Source: an uncultured Nitrospiraceae bacterium
GTDB lineage: Bacteria; Nitrospirota; Nitrospiria; Nitrospirales; Nitrospiraceae
DNA: 64,000 nucleotides
Assembly: GCA_963846575.1 (NCBI GenBank)
Contig: CAWJWJ010000002.1
Span: forward strand, 640,001 to 704,000
Direction of reading: 5' to 3'
The notes beneath the pieces are model-generated. The model searched no databases. It had not been told where the DNA came from and saw only the letters and a program-made list of their open reading frames with translations. The translations under genes were made by a program, and so were the position numbers. Within the stretch, counting starts at the first letter, position 1. Each line of letters opens with the position of its first letter. Shown piece after piece: positions 29,507 through 40,932 of this stretch.

Positions 29507-30619
29507 ATGGCTGTATCGGATCCGTTTAGCCGCTTCTTTTCGAGCTTTTTAGTCCCTGTCTGGCTGGCGTTGGGCATTTTGTGGGGTGCGGTCCTGAATC
29601 CTGGAGACCTACGGGCAGGATGTATTCTGGAGAGGGGCGGAACAGGTGCAACTGCAGCGTTGACGTATCGAGTGAGCAGTACCTGCACCGATTCAGAACG
29701 TGAGGCCAATGCCGTCCCCGCAAGAGACCTGTTACGCGCCCTTGCGTCAGGTAAGGGAATAGACCTGGTAGGTGTTGTGATCGAAGGCGACCTGAACTTC
29801 GATGAACTGCCTGCCCAGAAGGTCGAGGCGGTGAGTGATCTCTCGCCTGAGGATCGTGAGATCCTCGGAAGGCTCAATGCTGATGAGGTCCGAGTGATTC
29901 GAGGACCGTTCGTGATTAAGGAGGCGCGGGTCCGAGGCCGGGTCGTCAATCGTCTCAAACGAGGCTTTCTAGTGATGACCGGCCCCGTCGTATTGGCAGA
30001 CACGCGCTTCGAAGGGGTGCTTGATTTGTCGCGCACAGTATTTTTTGGACTGGTTGATGGATCGCGCGCGACCTTCGAGCAGGAAAGTTACTTTGTGCAG
30101 GATCGCTTTACCCAGGGAGTCATGTTTCAGGATGCGCATTTCGGCCCGCACGCCCGTTTTCACCGTTCGATCTTTGCCGGCCCTGCCATTTTTCGAGGCG
30201 CCTCATTTAAAGGTTTGACCGAGTTTCTGGAAGTTGATTTTGTACAGAGCTCGAACTTTTCGCATGCGACCTTTCATCTAGGGACCGGATTTTCAGGCGC
30301 TCATTGTCGTGACAAATGCGACTTTTCTTTCGCGCAGTTCGATCGGGAGGCGTTCTTTCTCTATTCCCGGTTTGACGGTCCGGCCTCGTTTGCCTCAGCG
30401 CGTTTCGAGTCTCAGGTCGATTTTTCTGATGCCTCATTTAAAGAGCCCGATGACCTCGCGCTCGCAACATTTATCCGACCGCCCCTTTTGACCAGGTCCA
30501 CACGCGTGACTGCCACAATGCCCGGTCGCCCTGAGGCATCGTCGACCTCGCAGGCCCTGACGATTGCACTGTTTGTCGCTGCATTAGGCATCCTGCTTTA
30601 TATCATCAAGTCCAAATAG
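29507..30619 (+). CDS. Pentapeptide-repeat protein with N-terminal signal and C-terminal TM anchor
   Basis: Repeated FxxAxF units; C-terminal hydrophobic helix plus KSK. Confidence 0.8.
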   Translation: MAVSDPFSRFFSSFLVPVWLALGILWGAVLNPGDLRAGCILERGGTGATAALTYRVSSTCTDSEREANAVPARDLLRALASGKGIDLVGVVIEGDLNFDELPAQKVEAVSDLSPEDREILGRLNADEVRVIRGPFVIKEARVRGRVVNRLKRGFLVMTGPVVLADTRFEGVLDLSRTVFFGLVDGSRATFEQESYFVQDRFTQGVMFQDAHFGPHARFHRSIFAGPAIFRGASFKGLTEFLEVDFVQSSNFSHATFHLGTGFSGAHCRDKCDFSFAQFDREAFFLYSRFDGPASFASARFESQVDFSDASFKEPDDLALATFIRPPLLTRSTRVTATMPGRPEASSTSQALTIALFVAALGILLYIIKSK

Positions 30620-30718
30620 TCCTATTCTTACCCCCCATATATAGTTTTAGTCTTGCCCGTCCCCACCATAACTTGGTATAAGATTGAAACTTTGTCCAAG
30701 GGAGCGTGTAATTACCTG

Positions 30719-31486
30719 ATGGACCAAACTGATCTTCCCTACCAAGTCAAGATCGAGAACTTTGAAGGCCCCCTCGATCTCCTCTTGCACCTCATCAAAA
30801 AGAACGAGATCAATATCTACGATATTCCGATCGCGCTGATCGCGCAGCAGTATTTGGATTACCTCTCGGTGATGAAGGAACTGAATCTTGCTGTAGCCGG
30901 GGAGTTTCTCGTCATGGCAGCGACATTGCTGCATATCAAATCCCGTATGCTCCTGCCAGTTGAAGAAACGACAGTCGATGAGGAGGACGGCCCCGATCCG
31001 CGAGAAGAACTCGTCCGGCGGTTGCTCGAATATAAGCAATTTAAAGAGGCGGCCTCGCAACTCGATTACAAGGAGCGAATGTGGCGAGACGTGTTTTCTC
31101 GAGAGCCTGGTCCTGCCGTCACACTTACCAAAGACGAAAACCTGCTCGATGAGATTTCATTGTTTGATTTGGTTGACGCACTGCAGGGAGTCCTGTCCCG
31201 CCATCCCGGGAAGCGGCTGGTCGAGATCATTCCTGATAACTTAACTGTTCGCACTCGCATGAGTGCCATCATTGAAGCCTTGGAAGAGCAGGAGTCTCTG
31301 GCCTTCACGGCACTGTTCGAGTCATCGAGCCATCGTCTCGTAGTAATTGTTACGTTCCTGGCCCTGCTCGAACTGATTCGCATCAGGGTGGTACGAGTGT
31401 TTCAGAGCGAGACCTTTGGGGCCATCCTTGTGTCGCGAGCCTTTTCCGCCGTTGCAGAAGGGGAATTAGTGGAGGAGTCTGAATGA
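30719..31486 (+). CDS. scpA: Segregation and condensation protein A
   Basis: FEGPLDLLLHLI, IKSRMLLP and TFLALLEL. Confidence 0.95.
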   Translation: MDQTDLPYQVKIENFEGPLDLLLHLIKKNEINIYDIPIALIAQQYLDYLSVMKELNLAVAGEFLVMAATLLHIKSRMLLPVEETTVDEEDGPDPREELVRRLLEYKQFKEAASQLDYKERMWRDVFSREPGPAVTLTKDENLLDEISLFDLVDALQGVLSRHPGKRLVEIIPDNLTVRTRMSAIIEALEEQESLAFTALFESSSHRLVVIVTFLALLELIRIRVVRVFQSETFGAILVSRAFSAVAEGELVEESE

Positions 31487-32400
31487 AAGAATCTATGATT
31501 CTCGGTACGGAGGACGTGATTGAGGAGTGCGTTGAGGTGAGAGAGCACACGCAGGAAGTCCCTCCATGTTCCTCACCTTCCGAGGTTGGGGGCGAGACTG
31601 ATGAGTCTCAGAGCGCGGCAACGGGATCGCCGTCTTCTGATCCGGCGCTCTCTGACCTGCGTGCGTTGAAGGGAATCATTGAGGCATTACTCTTTGTCAC
31701 GGCTGATCCTATTCCGCTTACCAGATTTCTAGCATTACTTGGGGCGGTCACGCGAGAAGAGGTAGAAGCGGCGTTAGCCAGCCTCAGGTACGACTACGAA
31801 CAGGAAGGCCGAGGGCTGCAGTTAGCTGAGGTGGCCGGGGGCTACCGTATCATGACCAAGGCGGAGTTTGCGCCGTGGCTCAAGCGCCTGGAGAAAGTGA
31901 AGGCGCCCTCAAAACTATCCCGTTCTGCGTTGGAATCATTGGCAATTATCGCTTATAAGCAGCCGATTGTGCGTGCCGAGGTCGAGCAAATTCGTGGTGT
32001 CGAAACATCGGGAGTCATTCGGACACTGTTAGAACGGAAACTGGTGCGCATTGTGGGTCGAAAGGAAGAACCAGGTCGTCCGATCATGTACGGGACGACG
32101 AAATTTTTCCTGGAACATTTTGGCTTGCGTGACTTATCGCAGTTGCCGCCGCTTCGCGAGTTCAAGGAGTTGGGCGAGTCTGAGCAGGCAATGTTGCCAA
32201 TCGATGAGACCATGGATGTGGGCGGTGAGTTGTCTCTCCCGGCTCCTGATTGCTTAACCGAAACGGCCGGTGAAGGAAGTGTCGAAGAAGCCATCCCTCT
32301 GGAAATGAACGGTGCTGCAGGGAGGCCGTCGGGACAGGATCTAGCCGAGGCTGATGCGGAGAGCGATCTCATGGTCGCCAAAATCGTAGAGGAATCTTAA
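31483..32400 (+). CDS. scpB: Segregation and condensation protein B
   Basis: IEALLF, LESLAIIAYKQPI, RGV and YGTTKFFLEHFGL. Confidence 0.95.
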   Translation: MKESMILGTEDVIEECVEVREHTQEVPPCSSPSEVGGETDESQSAATGSPSSDPALSDLRALKGIIEALLFVTADPIPLTRFLALLGAVTREEVEAALASLRYDYEQEGRGLQLAEVAGGYRIMTKAEFAPWLKRLEKVKAPSKLSRSALESLAIIAYKQPIVRAEVEQIRGVETSGVIRTLLERKLVRIVGRKEEPGRPIMYGTTKFFLEHFGLRDLSQLPPLREFKELGESEQAMLPIDETMDVGGELSLPAPDCLTETAGEGSVEEAIPLEMNGAAGRPSGQDLAEADAESDLMVAKIVEES

Positions 32401-32568
32401 ATCCATCCTTGCCTACCTTGCTTGTCAGCGTATCCTCGAGGTTTTGAGGACCAACTATCGAGGGAGGAATCGATGCGAACAGGTCTCCGGAAGAGCCCGT
32501 CTACCAGCTTGCTCCCGGAGGCTCGGCCTGTACTGCTTTCCGTAGGCGCAGGCGAACTCAGTTGAGGG

Positions 32569-33138
32569 TTAGTGGCAGCCGATCGGAATGAACCCCGCCC
32601 CAAAAATCCGCTTGAGTGCCAGGTATCGGGTATTGTCGTAAAACGAATAACTCGGGGCCTGCCAATTTCGACCTGTCGGATTACTCCCGTAGGATGGATC
32701 GGTTCCAAAGAAGAACCCTCCGCGAGAATTCTGCGTTATGTTCATCCATTCCATATACATACCGCAGACTTCGGCCTGGACCGCCCCATTCCCCCTATTT
32801 GCTGCATACCAATCGCGAGCAAAATCTGGAACTTGCGTTAAATTTCGCAAAGCGCCCATGGGTGTGTCGTAGGAATAATCAGGCACTCCTGGAGTCGGTT
32901 GGTAGATCGCGCCTCCAGTTGAAGGGCGAAGGGTCACTTCCGGCCATGAAGGCACGGTGGAGATGGTCGCAAGCGTCATGGCCTGACATCCCGGCCGTTC
33001 TTTGTTGGTGTAGAGGGTCGTGCCATCGGTACTTGGGCATTCCCACATGTCGACCGCACTCGACTCAGTGGCTTGCGCAGGCTGAGCGAGGAAAAGGCTC
33101 GCGGCGAAAGTTGCAAACACGACTCGTATTGGCCACAT
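32569..33138 (-). CDS. Exported hypothetical protein (DUF4124-like N-terminus)
   Basis: GGAGG RBS; signal peptide ending AQA; WEC..DGTTLYTNK..PGC. Confidence 0.65.
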   Translation of the reverse strand: MWPIRVVFATFAASLFLAQPAQATESSAVDMWECPSTDGTTLYTNKERPGCQAMTLATISTVPSWPEVTLRPSTGGAIYQPTPGVPDYSYDTPMGALRNLTQVPDFARDWYAANRGNGAVQAEVCGMYMEWMNITQNSRGGFFFGTDPSYGSNPTGRNWQAPSYSFYDNTRYLALKRIFGAGFIPIGCH

Positions 33139-33374
33139 GATATACCTCCGATTGATTCGTCTAACCAGCCGAGGTGCATTGCGTGCCTGCCTCGAGAATG
33201 CCGAGCCTATGTCATCCGTAAGATTCGAGTCCATCCAGCTTTGGGGGTATGGTCGCCCTGCAATTCCGATCACCATGGCCGAACCCCGACCAGCTTCGCC
33301 TTGCTGTTCACTCGGCGCTCTGGTCACGCAGGTCTAGTCGCCGAGGGAGCCGCTGCGGATCCATATGTCGTGCC

Positions 33375-33404
33375 TTGACTCCCTTATTTTCGCTTTGTTA
33401 GACT
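33375..33404 (+). promoter_or_regulatory. Putative sigma70 promoter for the NHL-guaB operon
   Basis: TTGACT-N18-TAGACT with TG extended -10. Confidence 0.5.
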
Positions 33405-33466
33405 GCCCGATCTAAGTTATTGAAAGATCCACAAATCTTCACCAATCTCGCATCACGAGGAACACC

Positions 33467-36436
33467 ATGATCAAGGCCTGGCTGCTTGAGGAAATGTTTC
33501 GGTTTGACCGGCGTCATCTCACGGCGGAGGGAAGTCAGAGCGAATGGGGGGCCGGAGATTCGGTGGCTGAGGAGGAAGATCTGCCTCCAGCCCCGACTGG
33601 GGTTTGCGCCAAGGCTGGCAATGGTCGGGTCATGATCACCTGGGACGCAGTGCCGGAGGCGATGTACTACAACATATATTTCATGACCACGAAGGGCGTG
33701 CAGATCAAGTTCTCAGAGCTCACACGGCCTATCGCCAGCGCAGATGATTTCAAGACCATGATTGGAGTGACTAAGGAGAAGGGGACGTGTATCGAAGGTC
33801 CGCAGTCACCCTTTATGCACGACGATCTGGCCAACGGGACGTGTTACCACTATGTTGTGACTGTTGTGACTCAGAAGGGCGAAAGTCCCGAATCGCAGGA
33901 AGTGATGGCGATTCCCGCCCCGTACCTGATTGCCAAGATCATTGGGCAGGAAGGTGTGGAGGACGGAGAGTTCAGTTCGCCGACCGGCATTGCCGTGGAT
34001 AAGGATGGCAATCTCTACGTCGCCGATACAGACAATCATTCGATTCAAAAATTTGATAAAGACGGCACCTTTCTGGGTCGCTGGGGTGGAGAAGCCAGCA
34101 GTGCAGAGGGCGGATACTATTATCCGCGAGGCTTGGCCACCAACCCGGACGGACAGGTGTATGTGGCTGATACTGGCAACAATCGGGTGCAACGGTTGGA
34201 CGCGGACGGCAATCCCATCAAGTCATGGGGCAAATTTGGATTTGCCTGGCGCGGCGCGGACATGAACAAGTTCGACGCACCCTGGGGTGTGACGACTGAT
34301 CAAGAAGGCAACATCTACGTCACCGATACCAATAATGCTCGCATACAGAAATTCAAAGGGGACGGCACGCCGCTATTAAAGTGGGGGCGGGATGGCAGCT
34401 TCGACGGCGCATTCTTCTTTCCGCGTGGAGTAGCCGTTGATTTCGTAGGGAACACGTATGTGGCTGATGAAGGTAATAATCGGATCCAGAAATTTGACAC
34501 GCGCGGAAGCTTCTTGACCAAGTGGGGTCGTGAGGGGAGTGGGCCGGGGCAGTTTAAGGCTCCGTGGGGCGTCACGTGCGATGCATTAGGCAACGTCTAT
34601 GTGGTCGATCAGGGCAATCACCGTATCCAAAAGTTTGACGGGAACGGTACATTTCTTTGTGCGTGGGGCAATCGGGGAAAGACTGAGGGGCAGCTGAATT
34701 TCCCATCCGGCGTCGTGGTGGACAAAGAGGGGGCGGTCTACGTCGTCGATAGCGGCAATCATCGGGTCATCAAGTATATTCCCACGGATGAAGAATTGAA
34801 TCGAGGCAGGGAAGAGCGCGAGCGGGCTCAAGTCGTGACTGATTATCCGACCCCGCGCAATCTGGCCATTAAGCCGGGAGATACTGAAACCTTCCTCAGT
34901 TGGATGGATGTCCCGGGGGCGGTTTCGTATAACCTCTATTTTCACACGACGGCGAATCTCACGGTCGAGGGGGGCACGAAGATCGAAGGTGTATCCAGTC
35001 CCTACAATCACACCGGCCTCACCAATGATCAGGCGTACTATTACGCCTTGACGGCGGTGTATGAGGACGGCACGGAGAGCGGACTGTCGGGCGAGGCCTC
35101 CGCCACGCCGGTTTTGATCGACATTACGGCTCCCCAAACTCCCTATGCCGTGATCAACCATGGAGCGTTCATGACGAACTCTCCTGAGATTGTGGTGACG
35201 ATTTCAGCTACCGACCTCGATACCGGAGTCTCGTCCTACTATATTTCTGAAAATCCCATGACGCCGATGGCCGGAACGCCTGGATGGGTGGAAGTTCCCC
35301 CAGCCAACAAGTTCGGCGCGACGATTCCCTTCATTCTATCCCCGGGCGATGGGCAGAAGACGGTTATTGTGTGGTTCAAGGACGCCGGGAATAATATCTC
35401 GACACCGGCGAGCGCGACCATTCTAGTCAACACCTCCGGCTATCTCTGTGTGTCGAAGTGGGGTAAGCCCGGTCGAGGCGCCTCACTGCTGCACGGTGGT
35501 GAATTCATGGCGCCGGTTTATGGGCTGGCCATCGATCAGCAGGGCTCCATTTTTGTCGTGGATAACGGCAACAACCGGATCCAGAAGTTCGATCGTACTG
35601 GGAATTTCATCATTTTGTGGGGTAACTTCGGCGCGGCCAACGCGAACTTTCATAACCCCACCGGTATTGCCTGCGATGCCAAGGGCGACGTTTATGTGGT
35701 CGATACGAATAATCACCGCGTACAGAAGTTCGATGGAAAATTGGGCGGCTACATTATGAAGTTCGGGTCCCGTGGAAACGGCGAAGGTCAATTCAACGCG
35801 CCGTGGGGTATCGCGATCGATCGTGTGCGCGGTTATATTTACGTCGTCGATAGTGCCAACTTCCGGGTACAAAAATTTGATATGAGCGGAGAATTCATCA
35901 TGTCCTGGGGGAGCTTCGGAAATGGCGACGGTCAATTCTATTTCCCGCGCGGCGTCGCTGTCGATCAGGCCGACGGCACCGTGTACGTCGTCGACATGGG
36001 GAATCACCGCATTCAGAAGTTCGATACCAGTACCAATGTGCTGCCACAGCTGTTGACCAAATGGGGGGGTAGTTCGGAGGCCGGTCATGCCAGCAGTCCC
36101 CTCGCACAGGAAGCTGGACAGTTGCGATCGCCCTGGGGCATCGCAATCGACAGCCAAGGAGATGTGTACGTCACGGATACCGGCAATCATCGCGTAGAAA
36201 AGTTCGACCGCGAGGGAAACTTCATTTCACAGTGGGGCGGTTTTGGAGGCGGGGACGGTCAATTCAATTTTCCTTACGGCATCGTGGTGGATTCCAGAGG
36301 CAGTGTGTTCACCGTTGATAGCGGAAACACCAGGGTCCAGCAGTTTATGCCTGCGGAAGAAGGCAGCGAGCGGTTGCAGGAAGAGGCGGAAGCTGCGGCA
36401 GAATTGGGACAGGTCGACAAAACGACGAAGGTATAG
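33467..36436 (+). CDS. NHL-repeat/fibronectin type III multidomain protein
   Basis: Two blocks of F..P.GIAVD..G.VYV.D..N.RIQKFD repeats; two FN3-like domains. Confidence 0.9.
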   Translation: MIKAWLLEEMFRFDRRHLTAEGSQSEWGAGDSVAEEEDLPPAPTGVCAKAGNGRVMITWDAVPEAMYYNIYFMTTKGVQIKFSELTRPIASADDFKTMIGVTKEKGTCIEGPQSPFMHDDLANGTCYHYVVTVVTQKGESPESQEVMAIPAPYLIAKIIGQEGVEDGEFSSPTGIAVDKDGNLYVADTDNHSIQKFDKDGTFLGRWGGEASSAEGGYYYPRGLATNPDGQVYVADTGNNRVQRLDADGNPIKSWGKFGFAWRGADMNKFDAPWGVTTDQEGNIYVTDTNNARIQKFKGDGTPLLKWGRDGSFDGAFFFPRGVAVDFVGNTYVADEGNNRIQKFDTRGSFLTKWGREGSGPGQFKAPWGVTCDALGNVYVVDQGNHRIQKFDGNGTFLCAWGNRGKTEGQLNFPSGVVVDKEGAVYVVDSGNHRVIKYIPTDEELNRGREERERAQVVTDYPTPRNLAIKPGDTETFLSWMDVPGAVSYNLYFHTTANLTVEGGTKIEGVSSPYNHTGLTNDQAYYYALTAVYEDGTESGLSGEASATPVLIDITAPQTPYAVINHGAFMTNSPEIVVTISATDLDTGVSSYYISENPMTPMAGTPGWVEVPPANKFGATIPFILSPGDGQKTVIVWFKDAGNNISTPASATILVNTSGYLCVSKWGKPGRGASLLHGGEFMAPVYGLAIDQQGSIFVVDNGNNRIQKFDRTGNFIILWGNFGAANANFHNPTGIACDAKGDVYVVDTNNHRVQKFDGKLGGYIMKFGSRGNGEGQFNAPWGIAIDRVRGYIYVVDSANFRVQKFDMSGEFIMSWGSFGNGDGQFYFPRGVAVDQADGTVYVVDMGNHRIQKFDTSTNVLPQLLTKWGGSSEAGHASSPLAQEAGQLRSPWGIAIDSQGDVYVTDTGNHRVEKFDREGNFISQWGGFGGGDGQFNFPYGIVVDSRGSVFTVDSGNTRVQQFMPAEEGSERLQEEAEAAAELGQVDKTTKV

Positions 36437-36472
36437 GAATAACGGGCGAGAGACCTGGAGGGGGTGGCGTCG

Positions 36473-37939
36473 ATGTTGGAGAAGGAGATTCGGATTGGAC
36501 TGACGTACGATGACGTCGTCCTGGTGCCGGCGAAATCGAGTGTCCTCCCGAGCGAGGTCGATACCCGAACTCGCCTATCTCGCAACATTGAGCTGAATAT
36601 CCCCATCGTGAGTGCCGCCATGGACACCGTGACAGAAGCACGGCTTGCGATTGCGATGGCGCAGGAGGGGGGCATTGGCATTGTGCACCGCGTCCTCTCA
36701 CCGACGGACCAGGCAGCCGAAATCGATAAGGTGAAAAAATCAGAAAGCGGCATGATTTTGGATCCCATTACGATCTCGCCGGATCAGACAATCCGCGATG
36801 CGCATGATCTGATGTCCAGGTATCGGATTTCTGGAATTCCGGTGACCAAGGCCGGTAAGCTGGTTGGAATCTTGACGAACCGCGACTTGCGGTTCGAGAC
36901 CCGGATGGACCTGAAAGTGTCCCAGGTGATGAAGCGCGACAAGCTTATCACCGCGCCGGAAGGGACCAGTTTGGAGAAGGCGCGGGAAATCCTGCACGAA
37001 CACCGGATTGAAAAGCTTCCGGTGGTCAATAAACATTTTGAGCTTAAAGGGCTCATTACCATCAAAGACATCGAGAAGCGGATCAAGTATCCCCATGCCT
37101 GCAAAGATTCACATGGCCGTCTGCGTGTGGGGGCGGCGTTAGGGGTCGGTCCTGAAACGGGAGAGCGGGTGGCCCTGCTCGTCAAAGCCGGAGTGGATGT
37201 GGTGGTTGTGGATACAGCGCACGGCCATTCGCAGGCCGTGTTGGATACGGTCAAAATGGTGCGAAAAGCCCATCCTCAGTTGGACATTATCGCAGGCAAC
37301 ATTGCCACCGCGCAGGCGGCCAAGGATTTGGTCAAAGCGGGTGTCGATGCGGTGAAAGTTGGCGTGGGGCCAGGTTCGATATGCACGACGCGCATGGTGT
37401 CTGGTGCAGGTATGCCTCAACTCACGGCGATTGCGGATTGCGCCAAAATTCTAGCCGGGTCCGGGATCCCCGTCATTGCCGATGGCGGCATCAAATATTC
37501 CGGTGATATCACGAAAGCCTTGGCAGCCGGGGCTTCCGCGGTGATGTTGGGCAGCCTGCTGGCTGGCACTGAGGAAGCTCCGGGGGAAACCGTGTTGTTC
37601 CAAGCTCGGACATATAAGGTGTATCGCGGAATGGGATCTATCGGAGCCATGGAACGGGGTGGCGGCGATCGATATGGGCAGGCGGGACGACCTGCTCCGA
37701 AACTCGTGCCGGAAGGGATCGAAGGCCGGGTACCCTACAAAGGGCTCCTGGCGCCGCATATTTATCAGATGGTCGGCGGGGTCAAGTCCGGTATGGGGTA
37801 TTGCGGCTGCAAAACTATCCCTGATTTACAACAGAAGGCGACCTTCATTCGGCAGACCATAGCCGGACTTCGTGAAGGGCATGTCCACGACGTCATCATC
37901 ACTAAAGAAGCCCCCAATTATCGAACTGACTGGGAATAG
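36473..37939 (+). CDS. guaB: IMP dehydrogenase
   Basis: [21 protein letters not shown] pair and [10 protein letters not shown]. Confidence 0.97.
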   Translation: MLEKEIRIGLTYDDVVLVPAKSSVLPSEVDTRTRLSRNIELNIPIVSAAMDTVTEARLAIAMAQEGGIGIVHRVLSPTDQAAEIDKVKKSESGMILDPITISPDQTIRDAHDLMSRYRISGIPVTKAGKLVGILTNRDLRFETRMDLKVSQVMKRDKLITAPEGTSLEKAREILHEHRIEKLPVVNKHFELKGLITIKDIEKRIKYPHACKDSHGRLRVGAALGVGPETGERVALLVKAGVDVVVVDTAHGHSQAVLDTVKMVRKAHPQLDIIAGNIATAQAAKDLVKAGVDAVKVGVGPGSICTTRMVSGAGMPQLTAIADCAKILAGSGIPVIADGGIKYSGDITKALAAGASAVMLGSLLAGTEEAPGETVLFQARTYKVYRGMGSIGAMERGGGDRYGQAGRPAPKLVPEGIEGRVPYKGLLAPHIYQMVGGVKSGMGYCGCKTIPDLQQKATFIRQTIAGLREGHVHDVIITKEAPNYRTDWE

Positions 37940-38030
37940 CCTCGCGTGAATCGCTCCTCGTGAAGCATATCTCGCAATTCAGATCTCCTCACTAGACGAA
38001 TAACGGTTCACGCTTCACGGAAACCTCTCC

Positions 38031-39587
38031 ATGGAACTTTGGCACGATAGAATTCTTGTTCTCGATTACGGATCCCAGTACACCCAATTGATTGCGCGAC
38101 GCATTCGCGAGGCGCAGGTGTATTCTCAGATCCTGCCCTGTACCGTCTCACTGGCGACGATCCTCGCCTACCGACCGAAAGGCATCGTGTTATCGGGCGG
38201 TCCGTCCAGTGTATATGACAAAAAAGCTCCTTCCGTCTCGAAGCAACTGTTTGATCAGGGGATTCCCATCCTTGGTATCTGCTATGGCATGCAACTGGTG
38301 ACCCACCTTCAAGGGGGCGACGTGGAACGAGCCGCCCATCGGGAATTCGGCCGGGCCGAACTCGTCCTCGACGATCGATCAGATTTGTTCAAGGGCGTCG
38401 GCCGCGGCGGAACCACGACCGTCTGGATGTCGCACGGTGATCGGATTGCGCGCATGCCGCCAGGCTTCCGTTCCATTGCGCATACAGACAACTCTCCCAT
38501 CGCCGCGATGAAGCGGCATGATGCCAAACAGCGGATCTATTGCCTGCAGTTTCATCCCGAGGTGGCCCACACCTCGGAAGGCGTCGGCATCCTCAGAAAC
38601 TTCGTCTACGATATTTGTGGGTGTACCCCGACATGGACCATGCGGTCCTATGTCGAAACGGCAGTGGAGCAGATCAGGGAGAAAGTCGGCAAGGAGCGAG
38701 TGATCTGTGCGTTGAGCGGCGGAGTGGATTCGTCTGTGGCAGCGGCGCTCACACATCGAGCGATCGGGGACCAACTGACTTGCATTTTCGTGGATAATGG
38801 TGTGTTGCGGGCCGGGGAGCGCGATCAGGTCGAAAAGACGTTCGCTTCGCAGCTGCATCTGAATATGCGAATACTCGATCGCACGACCCAGTTTTTGACC
38901 GGCCTTAAGGGCATCACCGACCCGGAGCGAAAGCGGAAGATCATTGGAAGGCTGTTCATCAAGAATTTCGAGGTCGAGTCCAAGAAGCTGAAGGGAATTA
39001 AGTATCTGGTTCAAGGCACCTTGTATCCCGATGTGATTGAGAGCGTCAGCTTCAAAGGGCCGTCGGCGACGATTAAAACGCATCACAATGTCGGAGGGTT
39101 GCCGACCAAGATGAAGCTGAAGCTCATTGAGCCGCTGCGAGAACTGTTTAAAGATGAAGTGCGAGTGCTGGGTCATGAACTCGGACTCCCGGACGAGATC
39201 ATCTGGCGGCAGCCATTTCCCGGCCCGGGCCTGGCGATTCGAGTGCTTGGCGCCGTCACGAAAGAGCGGCTGGCCATCCTGCGTGGCGCAGAAACCATCG
39301 TGGATCAAGAAATCAGAGGGGCAGGATTGTATCGAGAAATTTGGCAGGCATTCGCGGTCCTGTTGCCGATACGAACTGTAGGTGTCATGGGGGATCAGAG
39401 GACATACGAGAATGTGATTGCCATACGCGCGGTCACGAGCCTCGACGGCATGACTGCCGATTGGGCAAAGATTCCCAATGACGTACTGGGCAGAATGTCC
39501 AGCCGGATCATCAACGAAGTGAAGGGTGTTAACCGGGTGGTGTATGACATCAGCTCGAAGCCGCCGTCAACAATCGAGTGGGAGTAG
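38031..39587 (+). CDS. guaA: GMP synthase (glutamine-hydrolysing)
   Basis: DYGSQY, GICYGMQ, SGGVDS and KPPSTIEWE. Confidence 0.97.
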   Translation: MELWHDRILVLDYGSQYTQLIARRIREAQVYSQILPCTVSLATILAYRPKGIVLSGGPSSVYDKKAPSVSKQLFDQGIPILGICYGMQLVTHLQGGDVERAAHREFGRAELVLDDRSDLFKGVGRGGTTTVWMSHGDRIARMPPGFRSIAHTDNSPIAAMKRHDAKQRIYCLQFHPEVAHTSEGVGILRNFVYDICGCTPTWTMRSYVETAVEQIREKVGKERVICALSGGVDSSVAAALTHRAIGDQLTCIFVDNGVLRAGERDQVEKTFASQLHLNMRILDRTTQFLTGLKGITDPERKRKIIGRLFIKNFEVESKKLKGIKYLVQGTLYPDVIESVSFKGPSATIKTHHNVGGLPTKMKLKLIEPLRELFKDEVRVLGHELGLPDEIIWRQPFPGPGLAIRVLGAVTKERLAILRGAETIVDQEIRGAGLYREIWQAFAVLLPIRTVGVMGDQRTYENVIAIRAVTSLDGMTADWAKIPNDVLGRMSSRIINEVKGVNRVVYDISSKPPSTIEWE

Positions 39588-39669
39588 GAACAACGTAAGG
39601 CGTGAGAGTATGTTCTGCCCGTAATGTTTGCCGCGGTGGGAGACGAAATACGCTGTACGGAAGGAGCCC

Positions 39670-40932
39670 ATGGAAGTCAGGTTACAAAAACTAATCGCCG
39701 GAACCGGACTGGCCTCGCGGCGTAAAGCCGAGGAACTGATCACGTCCGGACGCGTGACGATCAACGGCCACGTGGTAAAGGAACTTGGCACCAAGGTGAA
39801 TCCGGACAAGGACCATGTGAAGGTTGACGGCAAGCATCTGCGTTCCGCGCAGCCCTATGTCTATCTCATCCTGAACAAACCCAAAAACGTCATGTCTACG
39901 CTTGACGACCCCGAAGGCCGCCCCACGGTAAAGGACCTCTTGCATGGAGTGACCGTGAGAGTATTTCCTGTCGGACGGTTGGATTTCGACAGTGAAGGGC
40001 TCATGTTGCTGACCAATCATGGGGATCTCGCGCAGGCTCTTCTTCATCCCCGCTATCATATTCCCAAAACCTACTTGATCAAGGTTAAAGGCGTGCTAGA
40101 TGACACCAAGATCGAGGCCCTGGAGCGGGGCGTCAAACTCGAAGACGGGTTCACGGCGCCGGCGAAGGTCACGAAGGTCAGCAGGGCGGAAAGCAATTCC
40201 TGGCTCGAAGTCACGATTCATGAGGGGCGAAAACATCAAGTCAAGCGCATGATCGAGGCCGTCGGTCATTCGGTGATCAAGTTAACCAGGATACGTATGG
40301 GGCCTTTGCTTCTCGGTGATTTAGCGTCGAGGGAGTATCGGTTTCTGACCGATCGCGAGGCCAATCGACTGCGTGAGCTGGTGGAGGATCGGGTAGCGAG
40401 AGTCGAGCGTCCTGAACTGGATGCTTCGGGAAAGCCGGCCCGCTGGAAGCCGCCGACGGCACCGGCTCCGCCGCGCCCACCCAAGCCCGAGCGCTCCGGG
40501 CGGGGGCCGAAATCGCAGCGGTCCGAGCGGGGAACACGGGCTCAGCGTTCGGGACCTCCACCGAAGGCGCAGCGGTCTCGTCGCGGGACTGTGGCACGAC
40601 CTACAGGCCCACGACCTCAGTACCGGGGCTCAGTGCCGCGGTCAGTGCCAGAACATTCCCAGCCCGGGGCGAAGGCTCCAGCCGCCGGCGAAGGAATCAG
40701 GATGCCGCCTGTCAGACCAGGGAAGAATCCCTCACGGGTCTCGTCGGGGACAGGGTTTTCGAGATTCCGGTCGGGTGGAAAGCCTCAGGGAGCGGGCCGT
40801 GGTTCAGCAGTGCGACGCCCGGGCCCTGGTCAGAAATCTCAGCAGAACCGGCGTGGAGCACCATCGGCTTCGCGGCAGAGACCGCGAGGTCCTGCTAAAA
40901 AGTCGCGGTTTTCAACGCGGAGACGAGCATGA
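39670..40932 (+). CDS. rluB: rRNA pseudouridine synthase RluB-like with long basic tail
   Basis: S4 domain [35 protein letters not shown]. Confidence 0.85.
   Translation: MEVRLQKLIAGTGLASRRKAEELITSGRVTINGHVVKELGTKVNPDKDHVKVDGKHLRSAQPYVYLILNKPKNVMSTLDDPEGRPTVKDLLHGVTVRVFPVGRLDFDSEGLMLLTNHGDLAQALLHPRYHIPKTYLIKVKGVLDDTKIEALERGVKLEDGFTAPAKVTKVSRAESNSWLEVTIHEGRKHQVKRMIEAVGHSVIKLTRIRMGPLLLGDLASREYRFLTDREANRLRELVEDRVARVERPELDASGKPARWKPPTAPAPPRPPKPERSGRGPKSQRSERGTRAQRSGPPPKAQRSRRGTVARPTGPRPQYRGSVPRSVPEHSQPGAKAPAAGEGIRMPPVRPGKNPSRVSSGTGFSRFRSGGKPQGAGRGSAVRRPGPGQKSQQNRRGAPSASRQRPRGPAKKSRFSTRRRA

Noticed and set aside
33150..33370. Possible riboswitch (c-di-GMP-like) upstream of the DUF4124-like gene
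   Set aside because: Only a GGCGAA fragment resembles the consensus; the rest of the motif could not be matched
33940..36340. Repetitive DNA as a CRISPR array or DGR
   Set aside because: The repeats are degenerate, in-frame NHL protein repeats; no cas or reverse transcriptase genes are present
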